Assembly (NCBI GenBank): GCA_965644495.1
Contig: CBFFSA010000003.1
Span: 62,001 to 126,000 of the forward strand
DNA from: Perkinsela sp. CCAP 1560/9
Taxonomy: Eukaryota; Protista; Euglenozoa: Kinetoplastea
DNA: 64,000 bases
Reading direction: 5' to 3'
Part shown: one piece after another, positions 33,177 to 43,075 of the stretch
How positions within the stretch are numbered: the stretch's first letter is position 1
How the letters are laid out: every line of letters begins with the position of its first letter
Notes under the pieces: model-generated
Databases searched by the model: none
Told to the model about the DNA's origin: nothing
What the model saw: the letters and a program-made list of their open reading frames with translations, nothing else
Position numbers and translations under genes: made by a program

Positions 33177-36143
33177 TTACAAAAGTCCTTGTAGCGATTC
33201 CTTTGCTTCCGTAACGCGTTCCATTTCTGCAGTTAGGTTAGAAAGCTTCATAGAATTTGCTTCGCGCACACTTTCAGGAACCTTTTCTTTGTAATTTACA
33301 CTCTCTATTTTCTTACACAAAGACTCTTTTTGCAATTTTATCGAGCTCATGCCTTTTTCTAATCGTGCCAACTCCTCTGCAGGATTAATCAAACCTTGTA
33401 GCTGTAGACAAACAGTGGTTGAGCTGGACAAAACGTTGGTAGCACAACCTAGTGGGACGTCGTTCCTACTTGAAACAATTTCGACATGACCTAATACTGC
33501 AAGAGCGGCAAGAGTGTCCTGAGCGTGTCTGGTAAAAAGCTCCGAAAAAGAATTAGATTTTCCATGACAAACAACGTATGCATCCGGCTTGACTTTATTC
33601 GTCAATCTGTAGCGTGTCTTTAGAGAACGCAACGCATGGACAACATCCAAAAGTTGAGTCATGCCTTCTTCGATGGATTCGTTGCGAAAGTTGCTGGATT
33701 GCGGATAAGGTGCAAGCATGATACTTGGGGAGACAAAACTGGAGTTCCCGGGAAGTCTATGCCACAGTTCCTCTGTAACGAAGGGCATCATAGGGTGCAG
33801 TAAGCGGAGAGCATGTTCCATACAATGACAAAGGACCGCCCGGGTAATATCCCGCAATGGACCATCATGCTGCATTACAGGCTTAGTAAGTTCCAAGAAA
33901 ACGTCACAGAAGTCGTACAGCCAAAATCCGTAAATCGCCGTTGTCAACGTAGAGAAGTCGTACTCGCGAAATGAGATATTGCATGCCTGAGTACAAGCAT
34001 CCAGACGACTGAGAATCCACCGGCAATGCATGGAAAGAGATAAAGCATCTTCATTAAGTGAGGATGACGGCTCAAAATCTTCCCCCAGTGCAAAATAAAG
34101 AGCGTAACGCACCGCATTCCACAATTTATTGCAGAATTGACGGTAGCCAAGTATGCGATCAATATCCAAATTTACGCTCTTTCCGCTTACAGTATACGAA
34201 AGCAAACCAAGGCGGAGGGCATCTGCTCCGCATTCCGGAATTCCCTTAGGAAAAGCTTTCTGCTGTAGAGCTTTTGCCTTTTCGACCTCTTTTGGAGACA
34301 AGTTTGCCAGCCGTATTTTTTCCTGCAGTTTCTCCAGAGTGATGCCTCTAAGAACATCCAATGGATCAACTACGTTGCCTTTAGACTTTGACATCTTATC
34401 ACCGCTTTTGTCGCGAACCATGGCGTGCATGTACACCTCTTTAAATGGGAGTTTGCCAACCAAATGGAGCGAACACATCACCATGCGTGCTACCCAGAAA
34501 AAGAGAATATCGTGTCCAGTCTCAAGCAAACTTGTGGGAAAGAAGGTTTTAAAATCCTCGTCGTTCAAATCGGGCCACCCCAGGACAGAAAATGGCCACA
34601 ATGCGCTGCTAAACCAAGTGTCCAACACATCTTCGTCTTGACGTAGCTCCAAACGTGAAGTCTCATCGGAACTCAGTCTATGCTTCAGCGAAGCCTTACT
34701 ACGGGCTTCCTCCGCCGTCCGACCCACAATCCAATTTTCGTTCGGCTCGCGACATAAAGGCTTACCATCGAGAAAAAGAGAGTACGCCGGTATGCGATGC
34801 CCCCACCACAGCTGTCGACTAATGCACCATGGTTTAATATTTTCCAACCAACGATACCACGTTGCCTCATGCACGGAGGGAATGAGTTTCAATTCTCCTG
34901 TTCGAACCGCCTGAACACTGCGCTGGGCCATGGTGCTACAATCCACAAACCACTGTGGGACCAAATGAGGCTCGACGATATCTTGCGTTCGGCTACAAAT
35001 CCCCAGACGCATTGTATGTCCACGCTGACCTCGAAGTAAGCCCTTGCTGTCAAGTGCCTTCACAATAGCTCGCCTGCAGTCATATCGGTGCATGCCATGA
35101 AATTCCCCTTTGGTAGATATTTTTCCCTCCTCGTCCATAACGGTTAAAAAAGGAAGTGCGTGTCGCTCTCCGGCTTGAAAATCATTTGGGTCATGCGCCG
35201 GGGTGATCTTCACGGCCCCAGTCCCAAAGTTCATGTCAACTAACACGGAGTCAAACAGTAGAGGGATGGTATCTTCGCGAAACGGACATACCAGTCGCGT
35301 GTTGGTTCCTTTGTACTTTTGATATCGAGGGTCGTCCGGATGCACGGCCACCGCCGTGTCTCCCAAAATAGTCTCTGGGCGTGTGGTGTCGACAATAATT
35401 TCATCTTCGCTTCCGGAGATGTGATACGCAAAAGACGTCATAGTGCCCACGTCGACTGTTTTCTCATAGTTCGGGATACGAATGTGTAACCCCGGAGTGA
35501 CATCGATGTACTCTACTTCGAGATCACTAATCGCACTTTGCAGTGTGGGACACCAATTCACAAGTCTTGTGGAGCGATAGATTAGCCCTTCCTCGTGAAA
35601 TCGGACGAAGGCTTCTTGTACGGCGGCGGAACATTTCGAGTCCATGGTGAAGCGCTCTCGGCTCCAATCTACGCTGGAGCCCAGTAGCCGGAGCTGCTGC
35701 GTGATCACACCTCCGTGATCTTTTTTCCATTCCCACACACGGGATATAAACGTTTCTCGTCCCAGTTGATGCCGGGAAACGCCCTCCGTGGCTTGTATTC
35801 GTTTCTCCACGACCACTTGCGTCGCGATGCCCGCGTGATCCATGCCAGGGACATACAGCGTGTTGTGTCCCTTCATACGGTGATACCGTATTAGGGTGTC
35901 CTGTACAGCGGTAGTCAGTGCATGGCCGAGATGAAGATACCCGGTGACATTCGGAGGAGGAATGACAATCACAAAATTCTCTTTCTTGACATCTGTGGCA
36001 TCCTCACAGGTTGGGGATATCCCGCCACTACGGGGAAGAAAGAATTGGCTTGACTCCCACCATTCGTACCATTCAGATTCCACATCGACAGGGTGATACT
36101 GGGAGGCGATGGGCTGGGTGTAGTCTTTAGGAAGTGATACCAT
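33177..36143 (-). CDS. VARS: Valyl-tRNA synthetase
   Basis: PPPNVTGYLHLGH (HIGH), DHAGIATQ, WCISRQLWWGH, KMSKS and a C-terminal coiled coil. Confidence 0.98.
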   Translation of the reverse strand: MVSLPKDYTQPIASQYHPVDVESEWYEWWESSQFFLPRSGGISPTCEDATDVKKENFVIVIPPPNVTGYLHLGHALTTAVQDTLIRYHRMKGHNTLYVPGMDHAGIATQVVVEKRIQATEGVSRHQLGRETFISRVWEWKKDHGGVITQQLRLLGSSVDWSRERFTMDSKCSAAVQEAFVRFHEEGLIYRSTRLVNWCPTLQSAISDLEVEYIDVTPGLHIRIPNYEKTVDVGTMTSFAYHISGSEDEIIVDTTRPETILGDTAVAVHPDDPRYQKYKGTNTRLVCPFREDTIPLLFDSVLVDMNFGTGAVKITPAHDPNDFQAGERHALPFLTVMDEEGKISTKGEFHGMHRYDCRRAIVKALDSKGLLRGQRGHTMRLGICSRTQDIVEPHLVPQWFVDCSTMAQRSVQAVRTGELKLIPSVHEATWYRWLENIKPWCISRQLWWGHRIPAYSLFLDGKPLCREPNENWIVGRTAEEARSKASLKHRLSSDETSRLELRQDEDVLDTWFSSALWPFSVLGWPDLNDEDFKTFFPTSLLETGHDILFFWVARMVMCSLHLVGKLPFKEVYMHAMVRDKSGDKMSKSKGNVVDPLDVLRGITLEKLQEKIRLANLSPKEVEKAKALQQKAFPKGIPECGADALRLGLLSYTVSGKSVNLDIDRILGYRQFCNKLWNAVRYALYFALGEDFEPSSSLNEDALSLSMHCRWILSRLDACTQACNISFREYDFSTLTTAIYGFWLYDFCDVFLELTKPVMQHDGPLRDITRAVLCHCMEHALRLLHPMMPFVTEELWHRLPGNSSFVSPSIMLAPYPQSSNFRNESIEEGMTQLLDVVHALRSLKTRYRLTNKVKPDAYVVCHGKSNSFSELFTRHAQDTLAALAVLGHVEIVSSRNDVPLGCATNVLSSSTTVCLQLQGLINPAEELARLEKGMSSIKLQKESLCKKIESVNYKEKVPESVREANSMKLSNLTAEMERVTEAKESLQGLL

Positions 36144-36486
36144 TCGGGGAAGCAGATAACGGAGATGCTTCACCGCTTGTAAGTTATTAAAAAAATTATT
36201 TCGTTTAAATCGTTTCAGAACTGAGCACTAGGTATTACTCTCCAAATAAGAACTACAGTTATTTTCCATGAATTCCACGGAAAAGAAAAAGGTGACCTGT
36301 CGTGCTGGAGAAGTATCGATAGCGCTGAAAAAAATCAATACTCTGTTCGACAATAAATTTCAGAAAAATGAAGATTAAATCTTTTGATTGTGTGGGAAGT
36401 CACATTCAAGTGGTTTTTCCTAACTGGAACTATGATGCATTGACTGGTACGAGAAAACGCCCAGAAAAATTTGCTTGTTTGAATTC

Positions 36487-36969
36487 CTATGCGTGAGAAC
36501 CGGGAGGCATCGAAGCCACTTGAAGTTTCACACGGCGTTCATACTCCTTTCGATTCTTCACGTAAAGCTCATAAGGTTCTTTCTGAGCAGGATCGCCGGG
36601 ATTTTCGTTATTCAACAATTCTTGTATAGACACCAGAATTTGCTTTAACGTGAAACAGGGTCTCCAGTCCTTCTCCTCGTTCAGTAAACTGAGACACACT
36701 GTCCCACTGGGGTACACGTTGGGGTGAAACAACACGGGACGGAACTGGCACTTCGGCGGCTTACTAGGATAATCCTCTGAAAAAGTAATCACCAACTTGT
36801 ACTCACCTCCTTCCCACAGTGTTCCAGGTTTTCCAGGAATGCCTGCCTCCCATTTCATCAGGTCTAAGGTGCCATCCGCTGCAGTCGTTGGCCGGGCCCA
36901 GAAGCCGTAGGGCTTATCTCGGCGCCACGCCTTGCGCTCCTCCCGCAGGCGCTCAAGTGCTAATGACAT
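36487..36969 (-). CDS. UBC9: SUMO-conjugating enzyme
   Basis: [16 protein letters not shown] and [14 protein letters not shown] are Ubc9 signatures. Confidence 0.96.
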   Translation of the reverse strand: MSLALERLREERKAWRRDKPYGFWARPTTAADGTLDLMKWEAGIPGKPGTLWEGGEYKLVITFSEDYPSKPPKCQFRPVLFHPNVYPSGTVCLSLLNEEKDWRPCFTLKQILVSIQELLNNENPGDPAQKEPYELYVKNRKEYERRVKLQVASMPPGSHA

Positions 36970-37284
36970 GAAAAAACGAAAACAATCCGATCAAATGTTC
37001 GTAAAAGAAACGTGAGTATCGTTGCAAAAAGGAAAACGTTACCAAATCTGAGGGACGTTACCAAATCTGCCGGAGAATAAAGTGTAGCCCCCTTTCGGGA
37101 GATGAAATAAGAAAGCTTTTCGAATGTGTTTCGCCCTAAAAAACAAAGTAAAAATGCACTGGTTCTTATTTTTGAATTCAAGAGAGCACGAACTGTTACC
37201 TAAAAAATGTAAACATGAGATACCTAAATACATCAGAAATCAGAAAATATTGAGGAATTTCGTATGCCCACACGCCCGAAGTCA

Positions 37285-38247
37285 TCAAGAACTCACTTTG
37301 CCCTCGGCCTCATCCAACAGACGTTTCATCGTGGACCCAATCTTTGCAGGGTTTCGCACGACCGTAATCCCCACCTTTTCCATCGCCTCGATCTTCGCCG
37401 GGGCCCCACCGCCGCTTCGCCCAATCACCGCCCCTGCGTGCCCCATCCGTCGCCCCGGCGGCGCCGTAATCCCCGCCACAAACCCCACCATCGGCTTCGA
37501 CACCCCCAGCGCCCGCCACCGCCCAATCACCTCACACGCCCTCTCCTCCGCATCCCCCCCAATCTCCCCAATCATCGCAATCCCCTTCGTCCCCTCATCC
37601 GCCAAAAACTGCTCCACACAATGCGTAAAATCCGTCCCATTAAACGGATCCCCCCCAATTCCGACACACAACGACTGCCCCAGCCCCACCGCCGTCGTCT
37701 GCGCCACCGCCTCATACGTCAGCGTCCCGCTCCGACTCACCACCCCCACCACCCCCCCCGCGTGGATCTCCCCCGGCATGATCCCCAGCTTACACCGCCC
37801 CCCGGGCCGGATCACCCCGGGGCAGTTCGGTCCCACCAGCCGGGTCGTACCCCCCGCACGCTCCATCATCTGTTTGATCCGCACCATGTCCCACTGCGGG
37901 ATCCCCTCCGTGATGACCACCACGAGGGGGATCGCGGCCTCGAGGGCTTCCTCAAGCGCAGAGGCCGCCGCGGGGGCGGGGACGTAGACCACGGAGGCGT
38001 TGGCACCGGTGTGCCGCATGGCCTCCGCGACGCTCGGGTAGATGGGGCGACCGAGGTGGGTGGCCCCGGCCTTGGTGGGGTGGACGCCGGCGACGACGTG
38101 GGTGCCGTAGGCGAGGGCCTGGGCGGTGTGGAAGGTGCCGTGGGTGCCGGTCATGCCTTGGACGAGGACGCGGGTGGCGGGGGAGACCCAGAGGGGGGAG
38201 GGGGGGGGGAGGGGGGGGTGGAGGAGGGAGGGGAGGGGACGGAACAT
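37285..38247 (-). CDS. SUCLG1: Succinyl-CoA ligase alpha subunit
   Basis: [29 protein letters not shown] and the phospho-His motif [10 protein letters not shown] at 38247. Confidence 0.97.
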   Translation of the reverse strand: MFRPLPSLLHPPLPPPSPLWVSPATRVLVQGMTGTHGTFHTAQALAYGTHVVAGVHPTKAGATHLGRPIYPSVAEAMRHTGANASVVYVPAPAAASALEEALEAAIPLVVVITEGIPQWDMVRIKQMMERAGGTTRLVGPNCPGVIRPGGRCKLGIMPGEIHAGGVVGVVSRSGTLTYEAVAQTTAVGLGQSLCVGIGGDPFNGTDFTHCVEQFLADEGTKGIAMIGEIGGDAEERACEVIGRWRALGVSKPMVGFVAGITAPPGRRMGHAGAVIGRSGGGAPAKIEAMEKVGITVVRNPAKIGSTMKRLLDEAEGKVSS

Positions 38248-38486
38248 GGGAGGGGGGGGGGAGGAGGAGGTGGAGGAGGAGGGGGAAAGAGGGAGGAGAG
38301 AGGAAGGGAGGTAGAAAAGGGAGGAAGTAAAGATTTTTTGTGGAAAAAAACGGTTTATGTGATTTAAAGACAAAAACAAAGAAAAAATAAACTTCTTCAA
38401 CCGCTAAAAAAGAGGGTATCTCCCCAGGAGACATGAGCAAAGTTTCATGGAAAGCGAACCTCACGATTTCGACGTCCTCCCCGCAA

Positions 38487-39248
38487 CTAGGCGTTTTCCG
38501 TAATGTCGGTCAGCCAGCGTTCCACAATATCCTCCGGGACAATGGTAAACTCCTTGTGTTCCTCGCACACCAGACCCACCTCAATATCCCTCGCCTTGAA
38601 GTGCTGTCGCATGACGGTTTGCAGCGCGCTTATCCCCGCCCGAGCGACCTCCTCGTAGCTCTGCTCCTTGAAATGTTTGTCACTATGCTTCAGCCGACGC
38701 TCTAGATCGTTCACGAGCTCTGTTTCCTTTTGCCCCGTCGCTGCGGCGTACTGAGGGAAACAATACCCACTAGGGTCTACCTTAAACAGCTGCGGGAGAT
38801 ATTTCCCGTCATCCATGAGCTCCATGGAGGCAAACAGCAGCGTGACCCCCAGGGGACGCATCCCGGCGTGCTGGGTGGAGAGCTGGGCGTGTTCAGCGGC
38901 TCGATTCGCAATCACACTGCTCGGGCACTCGTCTCCGTTTTCGTACCAATATTTCGCAGCCTCCTCGCGTGAGGTGGAGAGCACAGATAAGCCATCCGCG
39001 ACGCGCCCGGTCACACACACTCCGGTTTGTGGATTAATTTGATGTAAAGAGGTGAGCGTGGAGGACCGAAGCAGCGGGTCGGGGGACTTACGAAGCGCCA
39101 GGAGCACGACCCCATCGGAGGCACGAAGAGCGAGAGCACTGGTGCCACAACCCCGGACCGCTTTGAGAGCATACTCCACTTGGTAGAGTTTCCCTTCCGG
39201 GGAGAAAATGGAGATGAAACGGTCGTAGCTGGTACGGTGGTGGGACAT
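38487..39248 (-). CDS. PSMA6: 20S proteasome alpha-1 (PSMA6-type) subunit
   Basis: YDRFISIFSPEGKLYQVEYA, TQHAGMRPLG and KVDPSGY. Confidence 0.9.
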   Translation of the reverse strand: MSHHRTSYDRFISIFSPEGKLYQVEYALKAVRGCGTSALALRASDGVVLLALRKSPDPLLRSSTLTSLHQINPQTGVCVTGRVADGLSVLSTSREEAAKYWYENGDECPSSVIANRAAEHAQLSTQHAGMRPLGVTLLFASMELMDDGKYLPQLFKVDPSGYCFPQYAAATGQKETELVNDLERRLKHSDKHFKEQSYEEVARAGISALQTVMRQHFKARDIEVGLVCEEHKEFTIVPEDIVERWLTDITENA

Positions 39249-39517
39249 GCTGAGGAAGCGAAGGAGAAAGGGGTAGAAAAGAAGGTGTAACGGTGGGAGA
39301 TAGAGGTGGGAGAAGAGAAGGTGATATGAAGGGAAGAAAAATGACGAATCACAGTGTAGGGTTATTGTTTCGGGTGGGTCCTTAACTGTAGAACATTGAT
39401 ACCAGAAAATTTCAAAGTAAAAAACTGTCAAAAAATGGGATAGTTTTTAACTACAGGATCTGTGCGCCGTTACTGAGCTAGGTAGCTATTTCGCTTGTTT
39501 TTTAAACGTCTGTACAT

Positions 39518-39775
39518 TTAATAATCGGATGGATCGGCCGGAACTTTGTTTATTTTTTGGAAACCGCCGGAGCCATCGGGTTCCTGTGCCTCATATCCTA
39601 CGTTCGAGAACCTCTGGTACTTGGCCGCTTTTTCATCCTTTAAGACGCGATGGAGAGTCGTGGTGCATATGTTAAGATATTTCAAGTACGAGATGTGTTC
39701 TCTCCACGCCTCTTGCTCCAGGAGCACGCAACTTCGACGGGTGAAAAGCCTGAGTGGGGTGTGAAGAAAAGCCAT
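39518..39775 (-). CDS. ATP5F1E: Mitochondrial F1 ATP synthase epsilon subunit (kinetoplastid type)
   Basis: RRSC.LL..WR.H.ISYLKYLN.CT.TLH...PDG.GG...I.KVP...DY matches the trypanosome epsilon subunit. Confidence 0.9.
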   Translation of the reverse strand: MAFLHTPLRLFTRRSCVLLEQEAWREHISYLKYLNICTTTLHRVLKDEKAAKYQRFSNVGYEAQEPDGSGGFQKINKVPADPSDY

Positions 39776-39972
39776 AAACAAAATTACGGATAATTAGGAA
39801 AATCGTCGGCGAAATAGGGTAAATGTGTGAGGTTCATTTTAAATACCACCCCTTCGACCTACTTCAACACCAGCCTATTCTAAAAATTTATCATTGCAAC
39901 TCATTCCAATACAACATCCTCCCCACCGTACCCATCCTCCCCTACTTTCATCTCACCTCCTTCACCCCATTT

Positions 39973-41169
39973 TCAATTATAAAACTCATGCTCCTGGTCG
40001 CGTTTCTTCGCATGCATCTCATACCCTTTCTCCATATCACTTTGCCGCACCCTGTGCCTGTTGTGTCGAACCGCCTGCATGCCGGCCTCCTGACACACCG
40101 CCGCAATCTCCGCACAACTCACCTTCTCGGGACGTGTCACAAAGTCCTCCAAGTCCACACTCTCCTCGAGCGTCATTTTCGACGTCACCACTTGATACAC
40201 CAACCGGCGCTGCCGCCGGTCCGGCAACGGAAACTCAATCTTACGATCCAGCCGTCCGGGACGCAGCAACGCGGGGTCTAACGTATCCCACCGATTCGTC
40301 GCCATAATCACCTTCACGTTCTCCGAGGTGTCAAACCCATCCATCTGGTTCAGCAGCTCAATCAAAATCCGCTGCACCTCCCGATCCGCCCCCGTCTGCG
40401 CATCAAACCGCTTCGTCGCAATCGCATCCACCTCATCAATAAAAATAATACTCGGCGCATTCTCCCTCGCTAACCGAAACACATCCCGCACCATCCTCGG
40501 TCCCTCCCCGAGGTACTTCTGCACAAACTCCGACCCCACCACCCTCACAAACGCCGCCTCCGTGTGGTGCGCCACCGCCTTCGCCAGCATCGTCTTCCCC
40601 GTCCCCGGGGGACCATACAGCAACACCCCCCGCGGGGGGTCGATCCCCACCGTGCGGTACAGCTCCCCCTGGGTCAGCGGCAGCTCCACCGCCTCCCGGA
40701 TCTCCTGTTTCTGCACCTCCAGCCCCCCGACATCGCGGTACCCCACCGTGGGGCGCCCCGCGGCCCCCAGCACCGTCACGTGCCGGTCCGTCTCACTCGG
40801 CAGCACAGTGACGAGAGCGCTGCTGGAGCGGTGGAGCCCCACGCTGGTGTTGGGCCTCAGCTGCTCAGCGTCTAAGGTACTGAGCACGCGGACGAAGAGA
40901 CTGGAGCCGCTGCTGCTGCTGACGACCGCGTGGGCGGGGTCGACCACCTCGAGCAGCTGGCCAATCACGAGGGGGGTGGACTGGAGGCGGGAGAGCTCGG
41001 TGGTGGCGGACTGGGCGTGGTGGCGGAGCTGGGCGATCTCGAGCGTGAGGAGGGCGGTGCGGAGGGCGAGCTCGGAGAGGGCGGTGTGGAGGGCGGCGTG
41101 ACGGGAGAGGAGGGAGGGGGGAGGGGGGTCATGGAGGGAGGTCATGGGGGGAGGGGGGAGGGAGGTCAT
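39973..41169 (-). CDS. RPT3: 26S proteasome AAA-ATPase RPT3 (PSMC4)
   Basis: [24 protein letters not shown]-terminal EFYN. Confidence 0.97.
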   Translation of the reverse strand: MTSLPPPPMTSLHDPPPPSLLSRHAALHTALSELALRTALLTLEIAQLRHHAQSATTELSRLQSTPLVIGQLLEVVDPAHAVVSSSSGSSLFVRVLSTLDAEQLRPNTSVGLHRSSSALVTVLPSETDRHVTVLGAAGRPTVGYRDVGGLEVQKQEIREAVELPLTQGELYRTVGIDPPRGVLLYGPPGTGKTMLAKAVAHHTEAAFVRVVGSEFVQKYLGEGPRMVRDVFRLARENAPSIIFIDEVDAIATKRFDAQTGADREVQRILIELLNQMDGFDTSENVKVIMATNRWDTLDPALLRPGRLDRKIEFPLPDRRQRRLVYQVVTSKMTLEESVDLEDFVTRPEKVSCAEIAAVCQEAGMQAVRHNRHRVRQSDMEKGYEMHAKKRDQEHEFYN

Positions 41170-41413
41170 GGGGGGATGCCGGGAATGAAAGGGGAAAGGA
41201 GGGAATAAAGATTTCTAAGAGATTTGAGGGAGGGAAATGTTGTGTGGGTTTGAATAAGAAATTGGGGATAGGGTTGAAAAAGAGGGTGGAGATTATCGGG
41301 TTATTTTTGTTTTAAAAAATTAAGGGGAAAAAAGGGAAACCTTTGCTACTTACTGGGTTGGGTAAACAAAAAAGAGGATGGACTTAACACTTTGACGTCT
41401 TGCAAGACTTTTC

Positions 41414-41884
41414 TTACTTCAGGGGGATGAATCGTGAGGCATGGCTGGCACCCAGACCCGGTCGTCCGTGAGTCACAGGCTTGTACGTAATGCTGAACTC
41501 CCCAAGGTAGTGTCCAATCATCTCCCCACGGACTTCGATTCCGTTGAACAACTTGCCATTGTAAATACCGATAATATTCCCCAACATCTCAGGGACCACA
41601 ATCATGTCGCGCAAATGGGTCTTCACGGGGCGAGGCTTCTCCCCAGCCGCCAAGTTCTTCTTGGCCTTCTTTAGCTTCGCAATCAGCTTCTTGGGCTTGT
41701 CGTTGAGCCCCCGGTAAAAGCGCCGGCGGGCTCGTGCGTGCAACATCTCAGCCAACTTCTCGTGCGGCACATCAAGCAAGCGGTCCACATCCATACCTCG
41801 GAAGGTGAGCTTGCGGAACTTTCGGGCTTTCTTTAACTCCTCATAGCGTTGTCGCTCCTTCTCACGTTGAGTTGTGTCCTCCAT
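41414..41884 (-). CDS. RPS15: 40S ribosomal protein S15 (uS19)
   Basis: [33 protein letters not shown] and SRFIPLK. Confidence 0.98.
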   Translation of the reverse strand: MEDTTQREKERQRYEELKKARKFRKLTFRGMDVDRLLDVPHEKLAEMLHARARRRFYRGLNDKPKKLIAKLKKAKKNLAAGEKPRPVKTHLRDMIVVPEMLGNIIGIYNGKLFNGIEVRGEMIGHYLGEFSITYKPVTHGRPGLGASHASRFIPLK

Positions 41885-42325
41885 GGAAACGATTCAAGAA
41901 AAATAGTAGAATAATCTAGTCTCTTTATAAAGAGAGAATGTTTTGTGAAAGGATAAAATTTGAGACAACGGATAAACCCTAAGCTCGAAAAGTCGTGTTC
42001 GAATAGGATAAAATCTCCCCTCTTTAAAATATACAGTATAACGTGTGTCGCAAAAAAAGGTGGTTCTTGTTTCACATTTCCCAAACCTTTAAAAACAGCT
42101 ATTTACAACATCGACGTGTAATCTCCTGGTAAGCAGGAGTTGCATTATATTGCCGCCGACTTGGCGTTTTCTTATAGATCGCTTATTAAAGACTCACTGT
42201 GTCCATACAGTGTATAAAAGAATATCAAAGAGAATATCAAAGAGATTTGTGATTCTGTTGCTTAATAGATTTGAATAAAAAAAATTATGAACAATTTAAT
42301 AACCTTTCTCACCACCCGAGTTCAT

Positions 42326-42649
42326 CTAGTAACTATATTCTTTGCCGACGTATCCACTCCAGCAAGTGTACTCCTTCAAGTTGCAGTCACGGTTGAGTCC
42401 ATTGTTTCCCCAGCCGAAGAGAAAGCCACCCGAGGGAAACCGTCGGTGGATGACTCGTTGATGCGGGTTCTGAGGTCCTTTATATTGCAGTACGTGATGC
42501 GGTGTGGTAACTTTGTAAACGCAAAAACCTGTGAGAAGAAGAAATGCCACACTATTCACAAATATACCGTGTTTCAGGTCCGCAATAGCTGCGGGGGAAA
42601 CAATAGGATCCCCTGGAAGTGGTATTCGCCCCGTGCGACAGGAGGCCAT
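42326..42649 (-). CDS. Cytochrome c oxidase subunit 6A-like small membrane protein
   Basis: A single TM helix followed by RRFP...WG....DCNLKEYTCW, resembling the COX6A/Cox13 C-terminal region of protists. Confidence 0.55.
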   Translation of the reverse strand: MASCRTGRIPLPGDPIVSPAAIADLKHGIFVNSVAFLLLTGFCVYKVTTPHHVLQYKGPQNPHQRVIHRRFPSGGFLFGWGNNGLNRDCNLKEYTCWSGYVGKEYSY

Positions 42650-42746
42650 GCGTATGGAGTTTTGTACCAAAAACGATTCTTTTTACTTAGCTAAAATTTG
42701 TATAGATTACAGTGTTATATTTAATTACGCTTTTAAGGTTATTTTT

Positions 42747-42990
42747 GGCTCAAATTAATCTTAATTAAATTAACCGTAATATAATCCACTCGTAAATTAA
42801 TAACTTTTGAACACACTTTTTGAGTAACTTTTAGGCGCCCAAGCCACTGGATTCGTCTGTGATCATTTTATAAAGGCATGTGCTTCATATGAAAGTGAGG
42901 TCGATGGTGATAGACATGAAAAAAAGTATTATTTTTCGGGGCTAAAAATAATCTTAATTAAAAATAACCGTAATATAATCCACTCGTATT
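42747..42990. repeat. Two ~45-bp AT-rich direct repeats
   Basis: taatcttaattaaa.taaccgtaatataatccactcgta occurs at ~42755 and ~42950. Confidence 0.7.
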
Positions 42991-43075
42991 TGAATACTTC
43001 ACTGTACTTATTTACTTTATATAAATTTGTAAACAATTTGTAAGCAAGAGGAATAATTTCTTTTTAAAATTAATA

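Noticed and set aside
37124-38464. Long + strand and alternative-frame ORFs (287, 367 and 170 aa) over SUCLG1; similar ones over RPT3
   Set aside because: Low-complexity Pro/Arg/Gly shadow ORFs that follow from the extreme GC content and skew.
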